Of a DNA stretch of 64,000 nt, positions 28,901-36,978 are shown piece by piece. The number at the start of each line of letters is the position of its first letter. Position 1 is the first letter of the stretch. The position numbers were made by a program, and so were the translations under genes. The notes under the pieces are model-generated. The model was not told the origin of the DNA, ran no database searches, and saw only the letters and a list, made by a program, of their open reading frames with translations. The DNA is from Patescibacteria group bacterium (GTDB taxonomy: Bacteria > Patescibacteriota > Patescibacteriia > UBA1558 > GWA2-36-10), in the NCBI GenBank assembly GCA_041665545.1, contig JBAYIQ010000002.1:2369-66368 (forward strand), written 5' to 3'.

Positions 28901-29566
28901 ATGATTCCTTTTAGCCAATATCTAAATAATTTTTTAGATTATATATTCCCTCAATTTTGTTTGGGCTGTAAGCAAGAAGGAAATATATTTTGTGATTCTT
29001 GTCTAAACAAATTAGAATTACTACCCGACAACCAGAAACCCTGGCCTGAGGAAAATTTTTTGTTTGATGAGTGCCATATTTGCCTTGATTATCACGATCC
29101 AGTTGTCAAAAAATTAATTAAAAAATATAAATATGGCTATTTTGACAACTTGGCCAATCCAATTGCCGCGGTCTATATCAAAAAAATAAACAATTTAAAT
29201 TTAAATAATGCTTTTATTATCTGCAATGTTCCTCTGCACAAACGCAAAAAGAAAAAACGTGGCTTTGACCAAACCGAATTAATTGCCAAAAAAATTAGTG
29301 CTAATACTCAAATCCCCTATTTTGATTTATTAAACCGCCAGCGTTTCACCAAAGCACAAGCCGAGCTTGATAAAGAGCAACGACAAAAAAATATGTCGCA
29401 AGCTTTTGTGATTAACAAAAAAATTAACTCACTGGAGTTAATTAATCACCCTGTATTATTGATTGACGATATTGCCACCACTGGCACCACTCTGAATGAG
29501 GCCTCTCGTGCCCTCCAACAAGCTGGTTTTAAACAAATTATTTGCCTAGCCTTAGCTAAAAACTAA
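28901..29566 (+). CDS. comFC: ComF-family protein (phosphoribosyltransferase-domain competence protein)
   Basis: 221 aa with an N-terminal Zn-finger (CLGCKQEGNIFCDSC) and a C-terminal PRTase motif (VLLIDDIATTGTTL). Confidence 0.75.
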   Translation: MIPFSQYLNNFLDYIFPQFCLGCKQEGNIFCDSCLNKLELLPDNQKPWPEENFLFDECHICLDYHDPVVKKLIKKYKYGYFDNLANPIAAVYIKKINNLNLNNAFIICNVPLHKRKKKKRGFDQTELIAKKISANTQIPYFDLLNRQRFTKAQAELDKEQRQKNMSQAFVINKKINSLELINHPVLLIDDIATTGTTLNEASRALQQAGFKQIICLALAKN

Positions 29567-29601
29567 AAACGCAGCCTATACAATTTTTTCTGGTGATTCC
29601 A

Positions 29602-30153
29602 TTATTTAAATTCACTAAAGGTAATTACAGAAAGATTGTCCATATTGTGGCCATAGTGCTTGAAAACTTCCCGCGCATCGCCATCAAATCTTTTTTCCCA
29701 ATCAATCTCTAGTTGATTACAGATATTTTTTAGAGATTCCACTGACGCTCCTTCCAGCTCCACATAAGCTGGTGTCTTTGGCCAGGTGTCAATATCAATA
29801 ATTACATCGCCAAGTTGGAATGTGTGTCGATATTTTTCTATTTGTCGTATAGCCCTTAATCCAATTTTATTAAAAAGTTCCGAACATTTATTTAAATCCG
29901 ATACTTCCAGTTCAATTTCCTCAGCACTGTCTACTGTCTGTTTTTCGTTACTTTTATAGGTCAGCTTTATTTTACCTTTGGTTTTTCGGAGTCGTACAAA
30001 TTTATTCTTCCCCTTCCATGACATAGCTTGATCATAGAAAATTATTTCCTCCAGTTTTTCCTCATCTTTATCAATAGCGCCAAGCGAAACGAGTTTTTTC
30101 ATGAGCTCGTCTTTGTTTATATCAAGAAATCTTGTTTCTATTTCTTTTTCCAT
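29602..30153 (-). CDS. CYTH-domain protein (CyaB/ThTPase-like)
   Basis: 183 aa; the N-terminal EIETRFL motif and the alternating acidic/basic beta-strand pattern of CYTH domains. Confidence 0.6.
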   Translation of the reverse strand: MEKEIETRFLDINKDELMKKLVSLGAIDKDEEKLEEIIFYDQAMSWKGKNKFVRLRKTKGKIKLTYKSNEKQTVDSAEEIELEVSDLNKCSELFNKIGLRAIRQIEKYRHTFQLGDVIIDIDTWPKTPAYVELEGASVESLKNICNQLEIDWEKRFDGDAREVFKHYGHNMDNLSVITFSEFK

Positions 30154-30248
30154 AATATCTGTTTAAAAAACTTGGCGGAGAGTGAAGCCCGCCGTCGCTT
30201 CGCTTTGGCGGTACTTTGGCGGGTAAAGATTCTCACCGATAAATAATC

Positions 30249-30338
30249 TGGCGGAGAGTGAGGGATTCGAACCCCCGATCCCCTTGCAGGGATAACAGTT
30301 TTCAAGACTGTCGCATTCGACCGCTCTGCCAACTCTCC
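30249..30338 (-). tRNA. tRNA-Ser (anticodon TGA), 90 nt including encoded CCA
   Basis: Manual cloverleaf: acceptor GGAGAGT/ACTCTCC, anticodon stem ACAGT/ACTGT, loop CTTGAAA, long variable arm, T-loop TTCGAAT, 3' GCCA. Confidence 0.8.
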
Positions 30339-30445
30339 GGGTCTATAATAAATTGTAAGCTTTGTTGTTTTTTATTAGTAAGTGGTTGAGGGTTTGAAAA
30401 ACCCGAAACCACGAGCGAGCCCAAGCTATGCTTGGGCGAGTCGAG

Positions 30446-30521
30446 TGGTGACCCCGGCAGGAATCGAACCTGCAACCTTTTGGACCGCAACCAAACGCTC
30501 TATCCATTGAGCTACGAGGCC
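30446..30521 (-). tRNA. tRNA-Arg (anticodon GCG), 76 nt including CCA
   Basis: Manual cloverleaf: D-stem GCTC/GAGC, anticodon stem TTTGG/CCAAA, loop TTGCGGT, 5-nt variable loop, T-arm GCAGG TTCGATT CCTGC, 3' ACCA. Confidence 0.7.
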
Positions 30522-30533
30522 ATGTTAAAAAAA

Positions 30534-31145
30534 TTATTGGTTTATTTTTGTTTTACGAAATTTTTTGCGGAAGTAATAAAAAATTAAAGCCAGAACCGCA
30601 ATTATTAAAATAACATCTAACACTTCGCTGTATTTACGAACCAAAGCCCAATTATCTCCTAAAGAGTAGCCAGCATAAGCCAATATTGAATTCCAAAGGC
30701 CAGCTCCCAAAGTGGTGTAGATAATAAATTTTCCTAATTTCATTTTGCCAGTGCCAGCGGGAATGGAAATCAAGTGTCTAACTATTGGAATAAAACGGCT
30801 AATAAAAATTGTTTTATCCCCAAATTTATTAAAAAAATTTTCAGTTTTTACTAAATGATGTTCATTGAGTAAAAACCATTTACCGTATTTAATTATCAAA
30901 GGGCGTCCACCATATAGACCCAAGCCATAGGAAAGCAGTGAGCCGATAATACTACCAATGGTGCTGCTAATAACAATTAAGACAAAAGACATCTGTCCAG
31001 AATGCCACAGGAAGCCAGCAAAAGGCATGACCGCCTCACTGGGCACGGGCAGTATCATGCTCTCCAAAACCATCAAAAATCCTAAGCCATAATAAGAACC
31101 AGCCGAAATAATATTAGTGAAAAGATCAACCAGGTATTCAACCAT
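30534..31145 (-). CDS. dedA: DedA family membrane protein
   Basis: 203 aa; GLGFLMVLESMILPVPSE is the DedA/SNARE-associated signature. Confidence 0.8.
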   Translation of the reverse strand: MVEYLVDLFTNIISAGSYYGLGFLMVLESMILPVPSEAVMPFAGFLWHSGQMSFVLIVISSTIGSIIGSLLSYGLGLYGGRPLIIKYGKWFLLNEHHLVKTENFFNKFGDKTIFISRFIPIVRHLISIPAGTGKMKLGKFIIYTTLGAGLWNSILAYAGYSLGDNWALVRKYSEVLDVILIIAVLALIFYYFRKKFRKTKINQ

Positions 31146-31181
31146 TTTTTATTTTTTAATTTAAACTAGTTTATTCGACAC

Positions 31182-31273
31182 TAAATTATGGTGGCGGAGA
31201 GGGCGAGATTCGAACTCGCGGACCAGTTTAACCCGGTCAACAACTTAGCAGGTTGCTGCTTTAAGCCACTCAG
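31182..31273 (-). tRNA. tRNA-Ser (anticodon GCT), 92 nt including CCA
   Basis: Manual cloverleaf: acceptor GGAGAGG/CCTCTCC, anticodon loop CTGCTAA, long variable arm TGACCGGGTTAAACTGGTC, T-loop TTCGAAT. Confidence 0.8.
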
Positions 31274-31487
31274 CCACCTCTCCACAGTAATACATCAATT
31301 AAATTTCCCGAAAAAATTTATTACAAATAAAATATAAATTGGCAATTAAGCCCCGTATATGAGCGTAGCGAATTGTACGGGGCACCTCTCCGTGCATAAA
31401 TCAGCTTATATAGTAATATATTTTGTTGATTTTGGCAAGGGTGCTAATGTTCAAAATAAACAGCCTATTTTTTGTTTACCAAACATA

Positions 31488-31516
31488 TTGACACTGCATT
31501 TTGGCTGTGATATATT
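31488..31516 (+). promoter_or_regulatory. near-consensus sigma70 promoter (TTGACA, 17 nt, TATATT with TGn extension)
   Basis: TTGACA at 31488-31493, a 17-nt spacer, and TGaTATATT ending at 31516, about 50 nt upstream of the GGGAGG RBS and ATG at 31568. Confidence 0.6.
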
Positions 31517-31567
31517 GCCTTGTTATCAATCAGAACCTACCACCATCAACCCTTGGGAGGCGTGCAA

Positions 31568-32101
31568 ATGTCTAGGGTCAAAAAGGTGTGCCTGATCGTT
31601 CCCTTGGCCTGTGATCTGGCTGAGCAAGGCCGCAAGCTTGGACCCGAATCAATCTGGCGCTTGAGAAAAGCGCTCGGAGTCTATTACTCAAAACTAGCCG
31701 ACGGCTGGCAGGTCATGTTCACCTTCAGCGCTGGCATGGCTCCGCCCAAAAGCTGTCCCAATCAGACCATGTCCATGAGTTTTCTTCAGCGGCAATTCTT
31801 AAGCTATTTAGGAGTTGCCGACCAACACATGGGCTACACCACCAAACCAAGCTGGGGAAGCCGTGCCGAAATGGCCGAGGCCTTGACTCAGGCCAACACC
31901 ATGGGTCAAGGAGAAATCGAAGTCATCTTCGTCTCCAGCTGGTACCACCTGCCCCGCCTGCGCCTACTTCTCCGCCAGCACCTTGGGGCTGAAAAGGCCA
32001 GACTCAACATCACTATCAGCTTCAATGCTTCTCGCGGTCGGCTCATCAACGCCCTCAAGGAGCCAGCCAAGTTGTTGGTGCAGTTCTTGGGCCTAGCGTG
32101 A
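31568..32101 (+). CDS. DUF218 (YdcF/ElyC/SanA-like) domain protein encoded by a GC-rich (~55-60%) gene
   Basis: Start refined to the ATG at 31568 after a GGGAGG RBS; SSWYHLPR resembles the DUF218 signature. Composition is strongly atypical for this window. Confidence 0.55.
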   Translation: MSRVKKVCLIVPLACDLAEQGRKLGPESIWRLRKALGVYYSKLADGWQVMFTFSAGMAPPKSCPNQTMSMSFLQRQFLSYLGVADQHMGYTTKPSWGSRAEMAEALTQANTMGQGEIEVIFVSSWYHLPRLRLLLRQHLGAEKARLNITISFNASRGRLINALKEPAKLLVQFLGLA

Positions 32102-32117
32102 GCCCTCGTTGTGTGTG

Positions 32118-32155
32118 CGGCGGCGATCCATCGGGATCGCCGCCGCCTTTTTTAT
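32118..32155 (+). terminator. Rho-independent terminator (13-bp GC stem GCGGCGGCGATCC/GGATCGCCGCCGC, 4-nt loop, T7 tail)
   Basis: Read directly from the sequence, 17 nt after the stop of the GC-rich gene. Confidence 0.85.
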
Positions 32156-32196
32156 TTTCCGGCTAATATGTTATAATATAGGCATAATATAAAAAT

Positions 32197-32793
32197 ATGG
32201 CTAATGAAAAAAAAGAACCAACAGATGCTAAGGAAACTAGCAACCAAATCGGTAATTATGTCGATTATGGACAAATTTTGGCTTCCTGGCAGTTTCCCGA
32301 ACACATAAAACACGAACGTAGCTTAAAGTGGTATGTTTTCTTTTTTCTGATACTAGCGGCCATTATTTTGGTCTCAATAGTTGGACTAGACATTACTTTT
32401 TTTAGGATCGCCGGCGGACCATTTGCCCTGACCATTGATAAAGGTAATTATTTATTCGTGATTTTGATTGTTTTGTTCCTGATACTGTATTTTTACTATG
32501 AACGCAAAGAAATAGAAAATATAGTTATATTTTTGACTGAAGATGGTGTGGTTATCAACAACAAATTAATTGAATATAGCTCCTTGGACCACTTTTATAT
32601 TGTCTATTATCCACCAAAAATACAAAATCTATACTTACAGCCCAAAAATATACTACGACCAGTGATTGTCGTACCCTTGGAAAATGAAAATCCAATTGAA
32701 GTCCGAGAAATTTTACTGCGCTACCTCGAAGAAAATCTAGAAAAGGAAGAAATGCCAGCCAGCGAGTCCTTATCAAAAGTTTTAAAATTATAA
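32197..32793 (+). CDS. hypothetical membrane protein
   Basis: 198 aa with two hydrophobic segments and no recognised motif. Confidence 0.4.
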   Translation: MANEKKEPTDAKETSNQIGNYVDYGQILASWQFPEHIKHERSLKWYVFFFLILAAIILVSIVGLDITFFRIAGGPFALTIDKGNYLFVILIVLFLILYFYYERKEIENIVIFLTEDGVVINNKLIEYSSLDHFYIVYYPPKIQNLYLQPKNILRPVIVVPLENENPIEVREILLRYLEENLEKEEMPASESLSKVLKL

Positions 32794-32852
32794 TTACTAA
32801 TACACCCTTCTAACAATAAGCTGAACCTCGCGTTCAGCTTATTTGGCCTAAT

Positions 32853-34985
32853 ATGGCAAAAAATTTTTTTTATCATACTCCTCTCTCTGAATTGCACGCT
32901 ATAACTTCTGGCCTGCAAAAAGATTTTAATAAATTAGAAATAAAAACAGTCGGCGATCTGCTGTGGTATTTTCCTTTTAGATATGACGACTTAAGTGAAG
33001 TAAAAAAAATTAGCGAGCTGACTGATGACGAGCTAACTACTATCAAAGTAAGTATTTTAAAAATACGCTCTTTTCGCTCTTGGAAAAGAAAAATAATGAT
33101 TACCGAAATCGTAGTCACTGATGGTGAGGAACAATTGACCGCTACTTGGTTTAATCAAAAATTTGTCAGCCAAATATTAAAAATCGGCGATGAAGTTTTT
33201 TTGAACGGCAAACTGCAAATGAAGGGCACCAAATATCTAATGTCCAATCCTAGCTATGAAAAAGTCAAAGACCGACCTCTGCATAGCGCCCGCTTGGTGC
33301 CCAACTATCATCTCAGTGGGAAAATAACCCAAAAACAATTGCGTTTTGTGATTGATAAGGCCCTAAAAATAGCCCCTAGCGTCGAAGACCCCTTTCCCGT
33401 GGAAATATTAAACAAAGAAAAATACCCCTGGCTGTTTGAAGCCCTAGAGCAAATTCATTTTCCCGGTGATTTAGTTCATTTGGAAAAAGCCATTCAAAGA
33501 CTAAAATTTCAAGAGCTATTTTATCTGCAACTCAAATACCAGCTAGCCAAAAAAGATTACCAAAACAACCCCACTTATCAAATACCAACTGCTAAAATAT
33601 TTTTAAATAAAATAATCAAAAATTTACCATTCCGACTGACCGCTGATCAGCTAGAATCCTTAGATGAAGTATTGAGCGATATTGCTAAAACCCAACCCAT
33701 GAATCGACTGTTGGAGGGCGATGTTGGCTCGGGCAAGACAATAGTGGCCATGCTATCTGCTTTTAGCGTCATAAAAAACGGACAGCAAGTGGCTTTCATG
33801 GCGCCCACTGAAATATTGGCCCGCCAACACTACCTAAATGCTCTGAAATTATGGCCCACGCTTTTAGCCAAAAATACCGCCCTATTGAGCAGTAGCCAAC
33901 AATTAGTGGGCTTGGAAGAAAAATCAACTAAACAAAATATTTCTAAATTATTAGCCAATGGCAAAATAAAATTAATTTTTGGCACCCATAGCTTGATTCA
34001 AGATAATATTTCTTTTAAAGATTTGGCTCTAGTAATTATCGACGAACAGCATCGTTTTGGCGTCAAACAAAGACAGGCCTTGAAAACAAAAAATAATAAC
34101 AATTTTGTGCCACATCTTTTGTCTATGACCGCCACACCCATTCCTCGCACTCTGTCACTCACTCTCTATGGCGATCTAGATATTTCTTTGATTAAAAGCA
34201 AACCACTAGGTAGACAAATTGTAAAAACTTTTCTAGTGCCAGAAAAAAAACGGCTTGATGCTTATAATTTTATCCGCGAAAAAATAAAAGCCGGTCAACA
34301 AGCTTTTATTATCTGTCCGCTAATAGATGAAAGTGACCCGTCTCGCCAACCAGCTTCGCCAGCGAAGCTGGGCGAGGGCAAGGCCGAGGCGGACAAACTG
34401 GGCGCCAAATCAGTACTTAAAGAATACGAAAAAATAAAAAATGAAATTTTCCCAGATTTAAATATTGCCATGCTCCATGGCCAGATGTCAGCCGAAGAAA
34501 AAAATGCTGTCATGACTGATTTCAAAGCCAAAAAAAGCTCCATATTGGTAGCCACCTCTGTCATTGAGGTTGGGGTGGATATACCGGGTGCAACTTTGAT
34601 GCTTATCGAAAGCGCCGAAAGATTCGGACTGTCACAACTGCATCAATTCCGTGGCCGAGTTGGTCGTAATGATTTGGAAAGTTTTTGCCTGCTTTTTACT
34701 AGCGACCCCACCAAACAAACCACTAAACGACTCCAAATTTTGACATCAGAAAATGATGGTTTCAAGCTAGCGGAATTGGACTTGGAGCTCCGAGGCAGTG
34801 GCTCGATATTTGGTACCAAACAAACCGGCTTGATGCCCTTAAAAATTGCCACTCTTACCGACACTGTCTTATTAAAAAAAGCCCAAGAGTGGGCTCGGAA
34901 AATAATAACTAATAAAAAGTATCGCTCACAAACTCAGGTCGTAAAACTGCTTGAGGATCTAAAAACCGAAATGCATTTGGAATAA
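32853..34985 (+). CDS. recG: ATP-dependent DNA helicase RecG
   Basis: 710 aa with an N-terminal wedge/OB region and helicase motifs GDVGSGKT, DEQHRFG and QLHQFRGRVGR. Confidence 0.9.
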   Translation: MAKNFFYHTPLSELHAITSGLQKDFNKLEIKTVGDLLWYFPFRYDDLSEVKKISELTDDELTTIKVSILKIRSFRSWKRKIMITEIVVTDGEEQLTATWFNQKFVSQILKIGDEVFLNGKLQMKGTKYLMSNPSYEKVKDRPLHSARLVPNYHLSGKITQKQLRFVIDKALKIAPSVEDPFPVEILNKEKYPWLFEALEQIHFPGDLVHLEKAIQRLKFQELFYLQLKYQLAKKDYQNNPTYQIPTAKIFLNKIIKNLPFRLTADQLESLDEVLSDIAKTQPMNRLLEGDVGSGKTIVAMLSAFSVIKNGQQVAFMAPTEILARQHYLNALKLWPTLLAKNTALLSSSQQLVGLEEKSTKQNISKLLANGKIKLIFGTHSLIQDNISFKDLALVIIDEQHRFGVKQRQALKTKNNNNFVPHLLSMTATPIPRTLSLTLYGDLDISLIKSKPLGRQIVKTFLVPEKKRLDAYNFIREKIKAGQQAFIICPLIDESDPSRQPASPAKLGEGKAEADKLGAKSVLKEYEKIKNEIFPDLNIAMLHGQMSAEEKNAVMTDFKAKKSSILVATSVIEVGVDIPGATLMLIESAERFGLSQLHQFRGRVGRNDLESFCLLFTSDPTKQTTKRLQILTSENDGFKLAELDLELRGSGSIFGTKQTGLMPLKIATLTDTVLLKKAQEWARKIITNKKYRSQTQVVKLLEDLKTEMHLE

Positions 34986-34986
34986 A

Positions 34987-35916
34987 CTAATCACCTCCAC
35001 AACGACTAGCGTCTATACCCCACTCACCTCCTACTGGCGCACACTTATCAGCACGATAAGGTATGTCCTCACAACACCAGGTTCTAGAATCTGGATTATT
35101 TTCAATTTGACAATCACTATTACTAGAACATGATTTTGTTCTTAAATCTGAACAAATTGTGCTCCAATAACAAACCTCACCTAGTGGAGAGGTGCCATTT
35201 TTAAAATTTTTACCATAACAGGCATTAACGCGGCAGTTTGGTTCATCCAAAGCATCCATGAAATATCTAATACCTTCATAACCACTTGAGGAGTAGGTTC
35301 TTTCTGATGAAATGGGAAATTCTATTTGCAGACAATCTATAACCGTACTTGGTGCTGTGGCAGCTACTGCTGTTGTATCTAGGCATTTGCCAGTAGCCGT
35401 GGCATCAAGGGCTATCTGTTCTGGAGTGGCCTTTACCCACTTACAACTAGGTGCTGGACAAGATTTTTCTATAGTAAACACCGAACAAGTAAGTTTTGGT
35501 AAATCCCTGTTCAGTGGCTCAAAAGATACTAAACGCTGACTAATTAGTGATAACAATATATAGCCCCCAAACAAAAGAGCCAAACCAATCAAGGTGCTAT
35601 TGATCTTGTCTCGAGCACTAGATATTTTGGATGAATTACCACCAGCCAGTAACCACTCCCAGCCAGCATAGACCAACATAAACATAGCCACCACCCCAGC
35701 AAACATACCGCCATAGCGGTATATACCAACAATGTATTTGGCTAAAGATGAGCCATCAACTAAAAATGGCTCTCCGGCTGTATAAAGCCCAGGAATAGTC
35801 ATGGATGGTATAAACTCTAGTGGCGTAGTATTTTCCTTATCAGCGGCTATTACAATATTGGCCAACACAAAACCAAGAGAAAAAATCAGCAATAAAATTA
35901 TTTTTTTATTTTTCAT
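34987..35916 (-). CDS. VirB2/TrbC-like pilin-fold membrane protein with Cys-rich C-terminal domain (paralog A)
   Basis: 309 aa with a signal peptide and two hydrophobic helices separated by a short polar loop (GMFAGVVAMFMLVYAGWEWLLAGG-NSSKISSARDKIN-STLIGLALLFGGYILLSLIS). The C-terminus has ~18 Cys. The N-terminal 150 aa are near-identical to 35932-36978. Confidence 0.45.
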   Translation of the reverse strand: MKNKKIILLLIFSLGFVLANIVIAADKENTTPLEFIPSMTIPGLYTAGEPFLVDGSSLAKYIVGIYRYGGMFAGVVAMFMLVYAGWEWLLAGGNSSKISSARDKINSTLIGLALLFGGYILLSLISQRLVSFEPLNRDLPKLTCSVFTIEKSCPAPSCKWVKATPEQIALDATATGKCLDTTAVAATAPSTVIDCLQIEFPISSERTYSSSGYEGIRYFMDALDEPNCRVNACYGKNFKNGTSPLGEVCYWSTICSDLRTKSCSSNSDCQIENNPDSRTWCCEDIPYRADKCAPVGGEWGIDASRCGGD

Positions 35917-35931
35917 GAAAAAATTCTATAA

Positions 35932-36978
35932 TCAATTTAATTGAAAGTGCCACCATTCGGTATCAAGTTGTTTAAAACCAGCACTACGCATTGTTTGAAG
36001 CAAAACCCATTGAGCATCATACAATCCAGGTACTCCGGCGCAAGGAGCAGGATTGGAGTGATTGTCCATGGCGCAATTGTATGCTTTGTTAATATACCCA
36101 CAGGTATCAACCGTGGAATTCTTAATGCAAATATCCACCGCTGTTCCAGTTTGGTGAGGAGCATCACAACCTGGTTTAGCCGCTTCATTACACGAGCGAC
36201 AACCAGTGGGACAAGTATTACCATCCTTATTAATATAACAATCATACAACTCCTTTTGTAAGGCCGTTGTACGATAAGCGCTATTTATTTGTAAACTATG
36301 CCCAGGATAGGCATTCAAAAATATTACTGCACTTCCTAGAGCTGAAATTGTCGGGCCAGTCAACCTGCAATCGGTGCACTCCGAACTAAGAATAATACCA
36401 CTAACTTGTATCGGCTTAACCAATGACTCTGAAGGACAAGCCGTAGACGCCAACGACAAAGCGTCTTTACAAAAACCCAAAACTTTTGGATCTTTTGCCA
36501 ACTCCTCGGCTGTAGCTGGAATCCAAAAACATCTAGCTTTGGTGCATTCATCTGGTTTACTAAAAGCCATACAAATTGCTTTCACATCAGGCAAAGCTGT
36601 ATTCAGTGGTTTAAATTTTACTAAATTTTCGCTAATCAAAGAAAGCAAAATATAGCCACCAAATAAAAGTGCTAAGCCAATCAGCGTGCCATTGATCTTG
36701 TCTCGAGCACTAGATATTTTGGATGAGTTACCCCCAGCCAGTAGCCATTCCCAGCCAGCATAGACCAGCATAAACATAGCCACCACGCCAGCAAACATAC
36801 CACCATAACGGTAAATGCCAACAATATATCTGGCTAAAGTTCCTCCATCTACCGTAACTTCCTTTGTGAATTCACTACCGGGTATATCGATGCTCGGTTT
36901 GAATTCTATAGCCATTACTAAAAGCGGCAAAAATATTGCTGTTACAAAATAAAAAGTTATTAAAAACTTTTTTAACAT
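35932..36978 (-). CDS. fusion protein: VirB2/TrbC-like membrane module plus C-terminal peptidase M15 (VanY/D-Ala-D-Ala carboxypeptidase-like) domain (paralog B)
   Basis: 348 aa with the same N-terminal module as paralog A. The C-terminus carries LAS/M15 zinc-hydrolase motifs SAYRTTALQKELY, HQTGTAVDI and EWWHFQ. Confidence 0.55.
   Translation of the reverse strand: MLKKFLITFYFVTAIFLPLLVMAIEFKPSIDIPGSEFTKEVTVDGGTLARYIVGIYRYGGMFAGVVAMFMLVYAGWEWLLAGGNSSKISSARDKINGTLIGLALLFGGYILLSLISENLVKFKPLNTALPDVKAICMAFSKPDECTKARCFWIPATAEELAKDPKVLGFCKDALSLASTACPSESLVKPIQVSGIILSSECTDCRLTGPTISALGSAVIFLNAYPGHSLQINSAYRTTALQKELYDCYINKDGNTCPTGCRSCNEAAKPGCDAPHQTGTAVDICIKNSTVDTCGYINKAYNCAMDNHSNPAPCAGVPGLYDAQWVLLQTMRSAGFKQLDTEWWHFQLN

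Noticed and set aside
31352-31385. Hairpin GCCCCGTA-(17 nt)-TACGGGGC as an independent terminator
   Set aside because: It has no U-tract on either side. It is mentioned only as the upstream boundary of the GC-rich cassette.
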